A stretch of 64,000 nucleotides of DNA from an uncultured Candidatus Binatia bacterium (GTDB taxonomy: Bacteria; Desulfobacterota; Binatia; UBA9968; JAJDTQ01). Below, one piece after another: positions 31,930 to 41,100 of this stretch; position 1 is the stretch's first letter, and the number at the start of each line of letters is the position of its first letter. The notes beneath the pieces were generated by a model, which searched no databases, had not been told where the DNA came from, and worked only from the letters and a program-made list of their open reading frames with translations. The stretch spans positions 2,144,001 through 2,208,000 of the forward strand of contig OZ251459.1 of the NCBI GenBank assembly GCA_965242525.1. The letters are read 5' to 3'. The translations under genes were made by a program, and so were the position numbers.

Positions 31930-32086
31930 GGAGCCGGTAACGACCGAGACATCCGGGATGGATCCCCTCCCCCTGGCCTTCCTGTCCCCGTTCGTCCTGA
32001 CACTCCTATTCCCGTTCGTCCTGAGCGTAGCGAAGCGAAGTCGAAGGACGCGCTCATGCCCCCTGTCCCGATTGTCAAGAGGTTTC
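31930..32086 (-). mobile_element. MITE family 1, copy B (reverse orientation)
   Basis: Right end CGATTGTCAAGAGGTTTC; left end degenerate; perfect 4-bp flanking repeat CGAA/CGAA. Confidence 0.78.
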
Positions 32087-32247
32087 CGAAGTCCGCCCGG
32101 AGGTCCGGGCGCGGGGAATCAACTTGATTTCGACGCGGATTTTCTATATCGTGCCGCCATCCGTCAACTTGCCGGGTGGCGCGGGGGCGGGGCGGTTTGC
32201 AAAGACTCCCGTGCATGGTCGGCGCGCGCTGCCAAGGAGGAGTGGAG

Positions 32248-32430
32248 ATGGAATTGCCGAAATGTCAGAAATGCGGCAATGGCACGTTGATCCCCCTGTC
32301 GGACTATGGCCAGGACGGCGCTTCCGTGATGTACAAGGCCTGGGTCTGCACCATGCCTGATTGCGGGTTCTCCCTCAGGATAGACAAGGGCGAGGTCAGC
32401 TTCGGGCGCAAGATCGACCTGAAGCGCTAG
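32248..32430 (+). CDS. Small zinc-ribbon protein (60 aa)
   Basis: Strong SD AAGGAGG; CQKC...CTMPDC. Confidence 0.7.
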   Translation: MELPKCQKCGNGTLIPLSDYGQDGASVMYKAWVCTMPDCGFSLRIDKGEVSFGRKIDLKR

Positions 32431-32490
32431 TGCGGGACGGCGCGCCGGACGGGGGCGCCCCGCGGCGCCGAACCGTCAGCACCCGGATCG

Positions 32491-33213
32491 TCAGCCCTTG
32501 TCCCGGCTCGCGAAGAAGTTCGCCAACCGCGTAACCCCGTACTGCGCCGCGGCGCCGGTGGACCACTCCGCGGTGTCCCGGAAGAACGCCTTGGCGGCCC
32601 GGAGGCCCTGTAGGTCGCGGCTCGCCAGGGTCTCCATCCAGCGCCGCTTCTCCTCCGCCAGCCGCTCCGGCGGCGCCACCCGGTTCACCAGGCCTTGCCG
32701 CTCGGCCTCCTGTGCGCTGACCTCGCCTCCGGTCAGGACCAGTTCCAGGGCCTTCTTCCGGTGCATCCATCGGCTCAGGTAGGACATGACCACGGTGGGC
32801 GGGAACCCGGCGCGGATCTCCGGGAACGCGAACCTCGCGTCGTCCGCGGCAAGTGTCACGTCGCTCTGCACCGCCAGTCCGCAGCCGAACCCGAAGGCCT
32901 TGCCCCGGACCACCGCCAGGCTGACGCCCGGGAACGATTGCAGCAACTCGTTGACGCGGACGATCCGACCGAGGGCTTCCGCCCACTGGGCGGCGTTTTC
33001 GGGCCTGGGCGCGTCCGGCTCGCGCCCGGAGCAGAAGTGGTCTCCCCTCCCCTCGATGACCAGGAGCCGGAGCCCCTTGTCCGCGGCCGCCTCGGCCAGG
33101 CTCTCCGTCAGCAGGGCCATGGTCTCGGAGTCCACCGCGTTGCCCTCGTCCGGACGGTTCAGAGTGAGGCTCGCCGCGTCGCCCGTCTTCTCCAGGATCA
33201 CCTTGTCGGACAT
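32491..33213 (-). CDS. Enoyl-CoA hydratase/isomerase family protein
   Basis: LTLNRPDEGNA, FCSG, AFGFGCGLA, FAFPEI, GLVNRV. Confidence 0.88.
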   Translation of the reverse strand: MSDKVILEKTGDAASLTLNRPDEGNAVDSETMALLTESLAEAAADKGLRLLVIEGRGDHFCSGREPDAPRPENAAQWAEALGRIVRVNELLQSFPGVSLAVVRGKAFGFGCGLAVQSDVTLAADDARFAFPEIRAGFPPTVVMSYLSRWMHRKKALELVLTGGEVSAQEAERQGLVNRVAPPERLAEEKRRWMETLASRDLQGLRAAKAFFRDTAEWSTGAAAQYGVTRLANFFASRDKG

Positions 33214-33224
33214 GGGGGGTCTCC

Positions 33225-35657
33225 CTATCCGGCCGCGCCGCGGCTCGCGCCCCGGGCCTCCCGGATGAGCGACCAGAGGTACTGCGGCGTGAGCGGGAGG
33301 CGGCGGACGGCGACGCCCAGGGGCTTGAGCGCGTCCTCCACCGCGTTGGCCAGCACCGCGGGCGGCCCCACCGTGCCGGTCTCGCCGGCGCCCTTGAAGC
33401 CTCCGGGCGTGAAGGGGTTGGGGGTCTCGATGTGCTCCAGCACCAGCTCGGGGATCTCCATGGCCGTGGGCAGGAAATAGTCCTTGAAGCTCGCCGCCAT
33501 GGGCTGGCCCTCTTCCGTGTAGGGCAACTCCTCGTAGAGCGCCCCGCCGAAACCGTGGGCCAGGGCGCCCACGTGCTGGCCCCTCACGATGAGCGGGTTC
33601 AGCATGTTGCCGCAGTCGTGGACGGAGACGAACTTCAATATCTTCAACAGGCCGGTGTCCGGCTCCACTTCCACCGCCGCGGCTTCGGCGTCGTAGGGGA
33701 AGCTGCTGAACATGGCCACGCGGCCGCGCTCGTCCGCCTCGAACTCGATGTTGGGGTCGCGGAAGTGGTACAGCACCTCCAGCCCCGGGTCCATGCCCTC
33801 GGGCAACTGGAACGGGTAGAAATAGGCGGTGCGGGCGACCTCCGACAGGGACACGGCCCGGTCCGGGCGGCCTTCGACGCACACCCCGCCGGCGGAGAAC
33901 TCCAGGCCGCCCGGAGGATGCCGCAGCATGACCGAAGCGATCCCGGTGATCTTCTCCCGCAGCGCCCGCGCGGCCAGGGTCACCGCGGTGGTCCCCACCA
34001 CGGAGAAGCGGCTGGAGTACGAGCCGGAGCCGTAGGGACAGGCGAGGCTGTCCCCCTCCACCACCATGACGTCGTGGAAGGAGACCCGGAGCTCGTCCCC
34101 CACGAGCTGGGAGATGGAGGTGGCGTGGCCCTGGCCGTCGTCGCTGCCGCTCGGGAACACGTAAACCCTGCCGTTGGGGTCCATGCGCATGCGGACGCTG
34201 TAGTAGCCCGCGTTGTAGGAACCCATGCGGGTGGAGCTCGACGGCTCGATGACCAGGCAGGTCCCGACGCCCACGTAGCGCCCCCGGGCCGCGAGCTCCG
34301 CCCGGACCTTGCGCCAGTGGTCGTAGTCCAGCAGCTCCAGCGCCTTGTCCAACGCTTCCCGGTAGCGGCCGCTGTCGTAGCGCGGGCCGGTGACGGAGCG
34401 GTAGGGGAAGGCGTCCGGGGGGATGAAGTTGCGCCGCCGCACCTCCACCGGATCCATGTCCAGGCGCGCGGCGATGCGGTCCACCAGCCGTTCGATGACG
34501 AAGCAGGCTTCCGACTTCCCGAAGCCCCGGTGCGCGCCGTAGGGGGTCTTGTTGGTGACCACCCCCAGCACCTCCCCCTGGTAGTTCTCGATGCGGTAGG
34601 CGCCGGGCACGAACATGCCGGTGGTGACGATGGAGGCCAGGCCGCCGGTGGGATAGGCGGCGCCGATGTTGGCCACGATCCGGTCCTTCACCCCGAGTAT
34701 GGCGCCGTCCCGGCGCACCGCGGCCTCGATGTGGTGGGTCTGCTCCCGGGCGTGGATGGTGCCGGTCATGTGCTCGCTCCGGGTCTCCACCCACTTGACC
34801 GGACGGTGGGTGAGGATGGACAGCAGCGGCAGCAGGATCTCCTCCGGGTAGAACGCCCACTTCTGCCCGTAACCGCCGCCGATGCGCCGGAACATCACGT
34901 GGACCTTCAGGTCCGGGAGCGCGATGGTGTTCTCGATCAGCGTTCCGATGACGTGCCCGATCTGGGTGGTGCTCCACACCCTCAGCGTCTTGCCGCCGGC
35001 GTCGTAGCTGGCCGCCACCGCCCGGGTCTCGATGGGCGTGCCGGTGAAGCGGCCGCTGTGGATCTCTTCCCGGACGATGACGTCCGCCTCCCGGAACGCG
35101 GCCTCCACGTCCCCGCCGGACACGCGGAACGTCAGCATGACGTTGTCGTCCCAGTCCTCGTACAGGCGCTCGGCTTGGGGCTCCAGGGCCGCGGCGGAAT
35201 CCACCACCGGCGGCAGGGGCTCCAGGTCCACCTCCACCAGGTCCAGGGCGTCCTCCGCCACGTAACGGTCCACCGCGGCCACCGCGGCCACGGGCTCGCC
35301 CACGAACCGCACCTTGTCCCAGGCGAGGCAGTAGTGGTCGAAGAACTTGATGGTGGGGTTGCCCCGGCGGAACGGGTCTCGGCTCTGGAACGGGAAGGGC
35401 GACAGCGGGTTGACGTAACCGAGCCGCCGCACCTGCTCGCCGGTCAGGCCCGCCACCACGCCGGGCAACTCCAGCGCCCGGGAGAGGTCCACTCGCCGTA
35501 TCCTCGCGTGGGCGGCCGGACTCCGATAGACGGCCACGTGGAGCATGTCCGGCAGGTCCACGTCGAAGGTGTAACGGGCCTCGCCCCGGAGGATGTCCGG
35601 GTCTTCCTTGCGCACCAGGGGTTGGCCCACGAGGGGCGGGCGCTCTGCGGAGCTCAT
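33225..35657 (-). CDS. Xanthine dehydrogenase family molybdopterin-binding (large) subunit
   Basis: GGGYGQK, AHRGFG, GQGHAT, KGAGETG. Confidence 0.92.
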   Translation of the reverse strand: MSSAERPPLVGQPLVRKEDPDILRGEARYTFDVDLPDMLHVAVYRSPAAHARIRRVDLSRALELPGVVAGLTGEQVRRLGYVNPLSPFPFQSRDPFRRGNPTIKFFDHYCLAWDKVRFVGEPVAAVAAVDRYVAEDALDLVEVDLEPLPPVVDSAAALEPQAERLYEDWDDNVMLTFRVSGGDVEAAFREADVIVREEIHSGRFTGTPIETRAVAASYDAGGKTLRVWSTTQIGHVIGTLIENTIALPDLKVHVMFRRIGGGYGQKWAFYPEEILLPLLSILTHRPVKWVETRSEHMTGTIHAREQTHHIEAAVRRDGAILGVKDRIVANIGAAYPTGGLASIVTTGMFVPGAYRIENYQGEVLGVVTNKTPYGAHRGFGKSEACFVIERLVDRIAARLDMDPVEVRRRNFIPPDAFPYRSVTGPRYDSGRYREALDKALELLDYDHWRKVRAELAARGRYVGVGTCLVIEPSSSTRMGSYNAGYYSVRMRMDPNGRVYVFPSGSDDGQGHATSISQLVGDELRVSFHDVMVVEGDSLACPYGSGSYSSRFSVVGTTAVTLAARALREKITGIASVMLRHPPGGLEFSAGGVCVEGRPDRAVSLSEVARTAYFYPFQLPEGMDPGLEVLYHFRDPNIEFEADERGRVAMFSSFPYDAEAAAVEVEPDTGLLKILKFVSVHDCGNMLNPLIVRGQHVGALAHGFGGALYEELPYTEEGQPMAASFKDYFLPTAMEIPELVLEHIETPNPFTPGGFKGAGETGTVGPPAVLANAVEDALKPLGVAVRRLPLTPQYLWSLIREARGASRGAAG

Positions 35658-36151
35658 GGAGTCCCTCCCTCGCCGCCGGCCTTCCGCCCCCGGGCCGCGG
35701 CCTCCACCGCTTCCACCACCGGCAGGTATCCGGTGCAGCGGCACAGGTTGCCGATGATCCCCCGGCGTATCTCGTCCCGGGAGGGGTTCGGGTTCCGGGC
35801 GAGCAGCGCATGGGCGGACATGACCATGCCGGAAGTGCAGAAGCCGCACTGGAGCGCGTGGGCCTCCTGGAACGCGGCCTGCAGGGGATGGAGCCCGCCT
35901 TCCGCGGCAAGGCCCTCGATGGTGGTGAGCTCGCGCCCGTCCGCCTGCACCGCCAGGAAGGTGCAGGACTTGGCGCTCCTGCCGTCCATCACCACCGTGC
36001 ACGAGCCGCAGTTGCTGGTGTCGCACCCGTAGCGCGTGCCCTTGAGGCCGATGACGTCCCGGACGTAGTCCACCAGCAGCATGCGCGGCTCGGCCTCGCC
36101 CTGGTGGAGCCTTCCGTTGACCGTGACCGAGATCTTCCGCCTAGCGGACAT
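35654..36151 (-). CDS. Xanthine dehydrogenase family (2Fe-2S) subunit
   Basis: GCDTSNCGSCT, QCGFC, GNLCRCTGY. Confidence 0.93.
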   Translation of the reverse strand: MSARRKISVTVNGRLHQGEAEPRMLLVDYVRDVIGLKGTRYGCDTSNCGSCTVVMDGRSAKSCTFLAVQADGRELTTIEGLAAEGGLHPLQAAFQEAHALQCGFCTSGMVMSAHALLARNPNPSRDEIRRGIIGNLCRCTGYLPVVEAVEAAARGRKAGGEGGTP

Positions 36152-37043
36152 GCCCTCCCTCCACCGTTTCGCCTCGATGGCGCCGCAGGGCCACGTCCAC
36201 CGCCTTCCGGAACAACGCGCCGCATACGGCCCGCTTGTAGTCGCTCGAACCGCGGACGTCGGCCAGGGGGCTCGCGGCGTCGCGGACCTGTTGGGCCGCG
36301 GCCTCCACCACGTCCGGGTCCATGCCCTGGCCCCGGAGGGTCTCCTCGGCCGCGGTCGCCCGGATGGGCGTGAGTCCGGCCGCGCCCAGGGCCACGCCGG
36401 CGTCCCGGCAGCGCCCGGACTCGTCCAGGCCGAGCTGGACCGCCACGCTGGCCACCGCGAAATCCCCGGCCCGACGCTCCAGCTTGAGGTAGGCGCCCGC
36501 GCTGCCGGCCGGCGGCAAAGGCGCCCGGACTTCCGTAATCAACTCGTCGTCGGCCAGGACCGTGGTGTAGGCATCCACGAAGAACTCCCCGGCGTCCACC
36601 ACCCGGCTCCCGCGCGGTCCGACGCACACCACCTGCCCCCGCAGGGCCTGCACCACCGGACCCCAGTCCCCCGCGGGGTCTGCTTCGGCCAACGCCCCGC
36701 CCAGGGTCCCCCAACCCCTCACCTGGGCGTCGCCGATGACTCCCGCGGCCTCGGCCATCAACCCCAGCTTCTCGCGGACCACGGGGGACGCGCCCACCTG
36801 CGCGTGCGTGGCCAGGGCGCCCACCAGCAGGAGGCCCGCGGCCTCGTCTTCCCGCACGTGCGCCAGCCCGGGAACCCGTCCGATGTCGATGACCCGGGTC
36901 GGCCGGACCAGCCGCAGCTTCATGAGCGGCACCAGGCTCTGCCCGCCGGACAGCAGCTTGGCCCCTTCTCCCGAACCCTGGAGCAGGTCGATGGCGTGTT
37001 CCACAGAATCGGCGACGGCGTAGTCGAAGGAGGCGGGGTACAT
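36141..37043 (-). CDS. Xanthine dehydrogenase family FAD-binding (medium) subunit
   Basis: LSGGQSLVP, QVRGWGTLGG, ADPAGD. Confidence 0.92.
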   Translation of the reverse strand: MYPASFDYAVADSVEHAIDLLQGSGEGAKLLSGGQSLVPLMKLRLVRPTRVIDIGRVPGLAHVREDEAAGLLLVGALATHAQVGASPVVREKLGLMAEAAGVIGDAQVRGWGTLGGALAEADPAGDWGPVVQALRGQVVCVGPRGSRVVDAGEFFVDAYTTVLADDELITEVRAPLPPAGSAGAYLKLERRAGDFAVASVAVQLGLDESGRCRDAGVALGAAGLTPIRATAAEETLRGQGMDPDVVEAAAQQVRDAASPLADVRGSSDYKRAVCGALFRKAVDVALRRHRGETVEGGHVR

Positions 37044-37266
37044 GGTGCGAGGACCTGACGTGAGAGACGCGACGTTGATAGCCCAACGCTACCCGTGAGT
37101 CAAACCAGGCAGGCGCAGGCCACGGAGAAAGACGCCTTCCATTGCGAACATGGTGACCGGCATCCTCCGTCCACCGGCTCGACCGGGACAGGAAGACGTG
37201 CTAAGCAGGAACCTGCGGTGGCGGGATGGACCGGGCGGGCCGTCATCGTGAGGAGGCCGAACATTC

Positions 37267-37536
37267 ATGGAAAACATGGAAGACAGAGAGCTATTGAAAC
37301 GCATCGAATTGAATCCAGGGGTGATGGGAGGGAAGGCCGTCATCAAGGGCACACGTTTGACGGTGGAACACATCCTCAACCTGCTCGCCCACGGCGAGAC
37401 CGTTGAAAAGATCACGGCGGAGTACGACGGAATCGCCCAAGAAGACGTTTTGGCCTGCGTCCTGTTTGCCGCGAAAGCCCTGGGGGACACCACCTTCGCA
37501 CCGTTGGCTGCAGAGACGCCTGGATGCGGTTCCTGA
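37267..37536 (+). CDS. DUF433 family antitoxin
   Basis: RIELNPGVMGGKAVIKGTRLTVE. Confidence 0.88.
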   Translation: MENMEDRELLKRIELNPGVMGGKAVIKGTRLTVEHILNLLAHGETVEKITAEYDGIAQEDVLACVLFAAKALGDTTFAPLAAETPGCGS

Positions 37537-37877
37537 TAGACGAATGCGTTGGCCCCACGGTAGCGCAGTGGTTGCGACAAGAAGGGCACGACGTATTCTC
37601 CGTCTTCGAGGAGGCGCGCGGCGCAACCGACGAAGAACTCGTTCGCAAAGCGCACCGGGAGAACCGAATTCTCCTGACGACCGACAAGGATTTTGGCGAG
37701 AAAGCATTCCGAGAACGCAGGTCGCACAGGGGGATTGTCTTGCTGAGGCTGCAAGACGAACGCCCAATGAACCAAGTGAGGGTCATTCGGCGCCTCCTAC
37801 AGCTTTACGAAAATCAACTGCCGGATCGATTCTCGGTAGTCACGGAGGCTGGCGTTCGGTTCGCCATGAACATGTAG
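37524..37877 (+). CDS. DUF5615 PIN-like toxin
   Basis: MRFLIDECV, GATDEE, LTTDKDFGE; overlaps the DUF433 gene. Confidence 0.88.
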   Translation: MRFLIDECVGPTVAQWLRQEGHDVFSVFEEARGATDEELVRKAHRENRILLTTDKDFGEKAFRERRSHRGIVLLRLQDERPMNQVRVIRRLLQLYENQLPDRFSVVTEAGVRFAMNM

Positions 37878-38034
37878 CGAGGCGCGTCCGATCGGATTTG
37901 CCTGAGCCGTTGACGGCGTGCCGGGGCCGAGCCGTCCCGCGCAACGCGGCGCCATCTCTTCGTACCCGCCCGGCGAGGCAGGGGTAGCCGCCGCTCACCG
38001 GCCGGCGGTCTCGCCGCCGGCCGGTGAAAACCTC

Positions 38035-38700
38035 ATGATCGACGTCCGGTCACTTTCCGTCACGGGGATGCAGTGGCGGGCGGGCCGACTGTGGCTTGCG
38101 TCCGCGGACGAGTCCCTGGTGGCAGCCTACGACCCCGCAAGCGGGTCGTGCGACGAGGTCCTTTCGTTTCCGGGGGTCCGGCACGCCTGCCCGTCCAACG
38201 AAGGCCTCTGGCTCATCACCGCCGGCGGACGGCTGGGGCAACAGTTGCTCCTGTGGTCCCTCGAAACCAACCGGGTGACCCGGCGTTTCGACTGCCCTGA
38301 CGGCGCCGCGTCCGGCGTCACCGTGCTGAACGACAAGCTGTGGCTGAGCCACCGGCGCAACCGCAAGCTGTTCTGCATGGACCCGCAGAGCGGCCGCCCA
38401 CTGTGGACCATCCGCACCGAGAACCAGATCCTCAACCCCACTTCGCACCAGGGCGAGCTCTGGTTCGTCGAATGCGACCCCGGACCCTTGGGAGACTGGA
38501 GCGACGAGAGCCAGGCGGGGTACTCGTTCCTCCGTTACGACCCCGTGCGCGAACTGGCGGCGGAGCGTCTCCCCGTGCCCTTTCGCCCGACGTGCCTGGC
38601 TCTGGACGGGGAGCGTTTCTGGTACGCCGTGCAGGACGAGCCCGGCCTCCGTGTTCGGAGCCGGAGGGCGCTGCTTCCCCGCAGACGGATGCTCGACTGA
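38035..38700 (+). CDS. Hypothetical beta-propeller protein
   Basis: Repeating W-rich blades (GRLWLA, EGLWLI, DKLWLS, GELWFV, ERFWYA). Confidence 0.6.
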   Translation: MIDVRSLSVTGMQWRAGRLWLASADESLVAAYDPASGSCDEVLSFPGVRHACPSNEGLWLITAGGRLGQQLLLWSLETNRVTRRFDCPDGAASGVTVLNDKLWLSHRRNRKLFCMDPQSGRPLWTIRTENQILNPTSHQGELWFVECDPGPLGDWSDESQAGYSFLRYDPVRELAAERLPVPFRPTCLALDGERFWYAVQDEPGLRVRSRRALLPRRRMLD

Positions 38701-38910
38701 CCGTCCGGGGCTCCCGCCCAGTCAGGCACGACTGCGTGGGATGCTGTTGCTCAGCCGGCCTCCCTTGATGAGCCTCTTCCCCGCCAAGCACGGCTACATC
38801 CTTACCCTGGCCGCCACGTGGGCGGGAAGCATCGGAGGGCAGGGGATAGCTGCCAACGGACCGTCTCCTTGACACGACTCGAAATGTAAAGCAGGATTTC
38901 ACAACCGAAA

Positions 38911-38963
38911 GGAACCACTGAACAACGATCCTCGTTCATCCTGAGCGAAGGCGAAGGTCGCGC
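38911..38963. repeat. Degenerate MITE family 1 remnant
   Basis: GGAACCACTGAACAAC followed by CGTTCATCCTGAGCGAAGGCGAAGGTCGCGC. Confidence 0.5.
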
Positions 38964-39191
38964 CTTTCCATAGGGAGAAGGAACTCAAGCCGAGTTGGAT
39001 CAGACGGTCCAAAAGGCAACCAGAGATCTTGCCATGGTCACATCCACGATTACCCTAAGGGCAGACCACGCTGCCCGGCTTCGATCCGTTGCGACAGCTA
39101 TCCATGGCCGACGGACCTTACAGCTACCAGACCGACGCGGATTCCTGTGCACGGACCACCAGCAGACTGAACGCGCGAAGGAGGTCTTGTC

Positions 39192-40538
39192 GTGGACGCG
39201 AGAGAACTGATCTTGCAGGACGTACGCTGCTTCCAGGACGAACAGCGTGGCCGCTTGCGGCCCGTCACGCTGCTCGTGGGCGAGAACAGTACCGGCAAGA
39301 CGACCTTCCTGGGCTGTTACAGGGTGTTGCATGGGATGTTTTCCAATCCAGGGATCGGCGAATTCCTGGATTTCAACGGAGAGCCTTTCGTCATGGGTTC
39401 GTTCCGCGACATCGTCCGGTCACGACGCGGCCCGAGCGGCCGTATCGACGAGTTCAAGATCGGGGTCCGAGTCGATCGATCGCCAGACGACGTCATGTCA
39501 CCGTGTGAGCTGTCGGTTGCTTTTCGCGAGAAAGGCTCGGAACCGGTGGTCTCGTCCTTGCGTTTCCAGTTCGATTCCGATGCGTTCCTAGAGATGAGTT
39601 CAGATGAGGAAGGAACCATCGTGCAGATTCCAGGCCTTACCGAGCACGCCAAGGGTGTTCCGCTTGTTCGCACGATGGCCATGTTGGACTTCGTGATCCG
39701 CGATCCCGATTTTTGGGGAATGCCCCCCGGATGGTCAAACTTGGAAACCAGCTTCGAGTATCTCCATGGCCTGTTCTTCCGCCGAGGAGCCGCAAAGAGA
39801 AAACACACCGAACTTCAATGGCCTTTCGACGACGAGCTCCCGCGTTTGCCCGACCTGATTCCGGTCGCACCGCTTCGTTCCAAGCCCAAACGTACCTACG
39901 ATCCGATACGCGAGACCGCTTCCCCGGAAGGGGAACATGTCCCGATGCTGATGATGAGGCTGGATCGCACGGACACGCCGCACTGGAAATCGCTGCACAA
40001 CGACCTCGTGAAGTTCGGCCAGGGTTCCGGGCTATTCGCCGACATCAAGGTGAAACGCCACGGCAAGCAGATGAGCGACCCTTTTCAGTTGCAGGTCAAG
40101 GTACGATCCGGACCTCATTCGAACCTCATGGACGTCGGTTACGGCGTCAGCCAGAGCCTGCCGATTCTCGTGGATGTGCTGAAAGGGTCCAGCAGCGGAC
40201 GCAAGTGCGAGTTCCTGCTCCAGCAGCCGGAGGTTCACCTGCACCCTCGAGGCCAGGCGGAACTCGCCAGTCTGTTCGTCCAAGCGTTCAAGCAGAGTGG
40301 AAACCGGTTCCTGATCGAGACCCACAGCGACTACATCATCGACCGCGTGCGCATTTCGGTCCGAAAAGGGCTGCTGAAGCCCGACGACGTGTCCCTTCTC
40401 TACTTCGAACCCAAGAGCAACGCCGTCGAGATCCACAACATGACCCTGGACGAGCATGGAAACCTCCTTGGCGCGCCGAGGGGATACCGTGACTTCTTCC
40501 TGAAGGAAACCGACAGACTGCTGGGGTTCACGGACTGA
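39192..40538 (+). CDS. ABC-type AAA ATPase (AAA_15/21, DUF3696-like C-terminus)
   Basis: GENSTGKT, DVGYGVSQ, QQPEVHLHP, ETHSD. Confidence 0.85.
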   Translation: MDARELILQDVRCFQDEQRGRLRPVTLLVGENSTGKTTFLGCYRVLHGMFSNPGIGEFLDFNGEPFVMGSFRDIVRSRRGPSGRIDEFKIGVRVDRSPDDVMSPCELSVAFREKGSEPVVSSLRFQFDSDAFLEMSSDEEGTIVQIPGLTEHAKGVPLVRTMAMLDFVIRDPDFWGMPPGWSNLETSFEYLHGLFFRRGAAKRKHTELQWPFDDELPRLPDLIPVAPLRSKPKRTYDPIRETASPEGEHVPMLMMRLDRTDTPHWKSLHNDLVKFGQGSGLFADIKVKRHGKQMSDPFQLQVKVRSGPHSNLMDVGYGVSQSLPILVDVLKGSSSGRKCEFLLQQPEVHLHPRGQAELASLFVQAFKQSGNRFLIETHSDYIIDRVRISVRKGLLKPDDVSLLYFEPKSNAVEIHNMTLDEHGNLLGAPRGYRDFFLKETDRLLGFTD

Positions 40539-40550
40539 GGGCCACCGAAG

Positions 40551-41030
40551 ATGTGCATCATCGTGGACGCCAACAAGCTCGATGTCTTTCTCGCCGACCC
40601 GGCCGACGAGAATTCCAGGCCGATACGCAGGTGGCTAAGTCAGGGCGCGGGGAGCATCGTGTATTCGACGGAAGGCAAGTTTGCGCAGGAGATCCGAGGT
40701 CGAGCCAAGGCCAAGCTGGCCGATTACGTTCGAGCCGGCAGAGCGAAGCACGTCCCCGCGAGCCTGTTCGCCGACGAAGAACGCAAGCTGGAAACTCACG
40801 CAGACCTCCGCTCCGATGATCCGCACGTGCTCGCGTTGGCGAGAGCGACCGGTGTACGTCTCCTGTACACCGCAGACGGGAAACTCACGTCGGACTTCAA
40901 GAACAAGAACATCATCGACCGGCCGAGGGGCAAGGTTTATTCCGGCGCAGGCAATGCCAATCTGCTGACCCCCTCGGCATGTGCGTCGTCATGGCCAAGG
41001 TCTGCTTCGAAATCATGGCCGACTTCATAG
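40551..41030 (+). CDS. PIN-domain-like protein
   Basis: IIVDAN, SDDPHVLALA, LYTAD. Confidence 0.7.
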   Translation: MCIIVDANKLDVFLADPADENSRPIRRWLSQGAGSIVYSTEGKFAQEIRGRAKAKLADYVRAGRAKHVPASLFADEERKLETHADLRSDDPHVLALARATGVRLLYTADGKLTSDFKNKNIIDRPRGKVYSGAGNANLLTPSACASSWPRSASKSWPTS

Positions 41031-41077
41031 ACACCGGCATCGCCGGGAACCTGAAGCGTCCGGGATCCAGCAATTGA
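40991..41077 (+). pseudogene. Probable 3' remnant of an overwritten gene
   Basis: MAKVCFEIMADFIDTGIAGNLKRPGSSN* with strong GC3 codon bias, overlapping the PIN gene tail in another frame. Confidence 0.35.
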
Positions 41078-41100
41078 GGACAGGATCGAGAAATCCGGCA

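Noticed and set aside
33225-35657. Aerobic CO dehydrogenase coxL
   Set aside because: Active-site loop is AHRGFG, not AYxCSFR; no cox accessory genes
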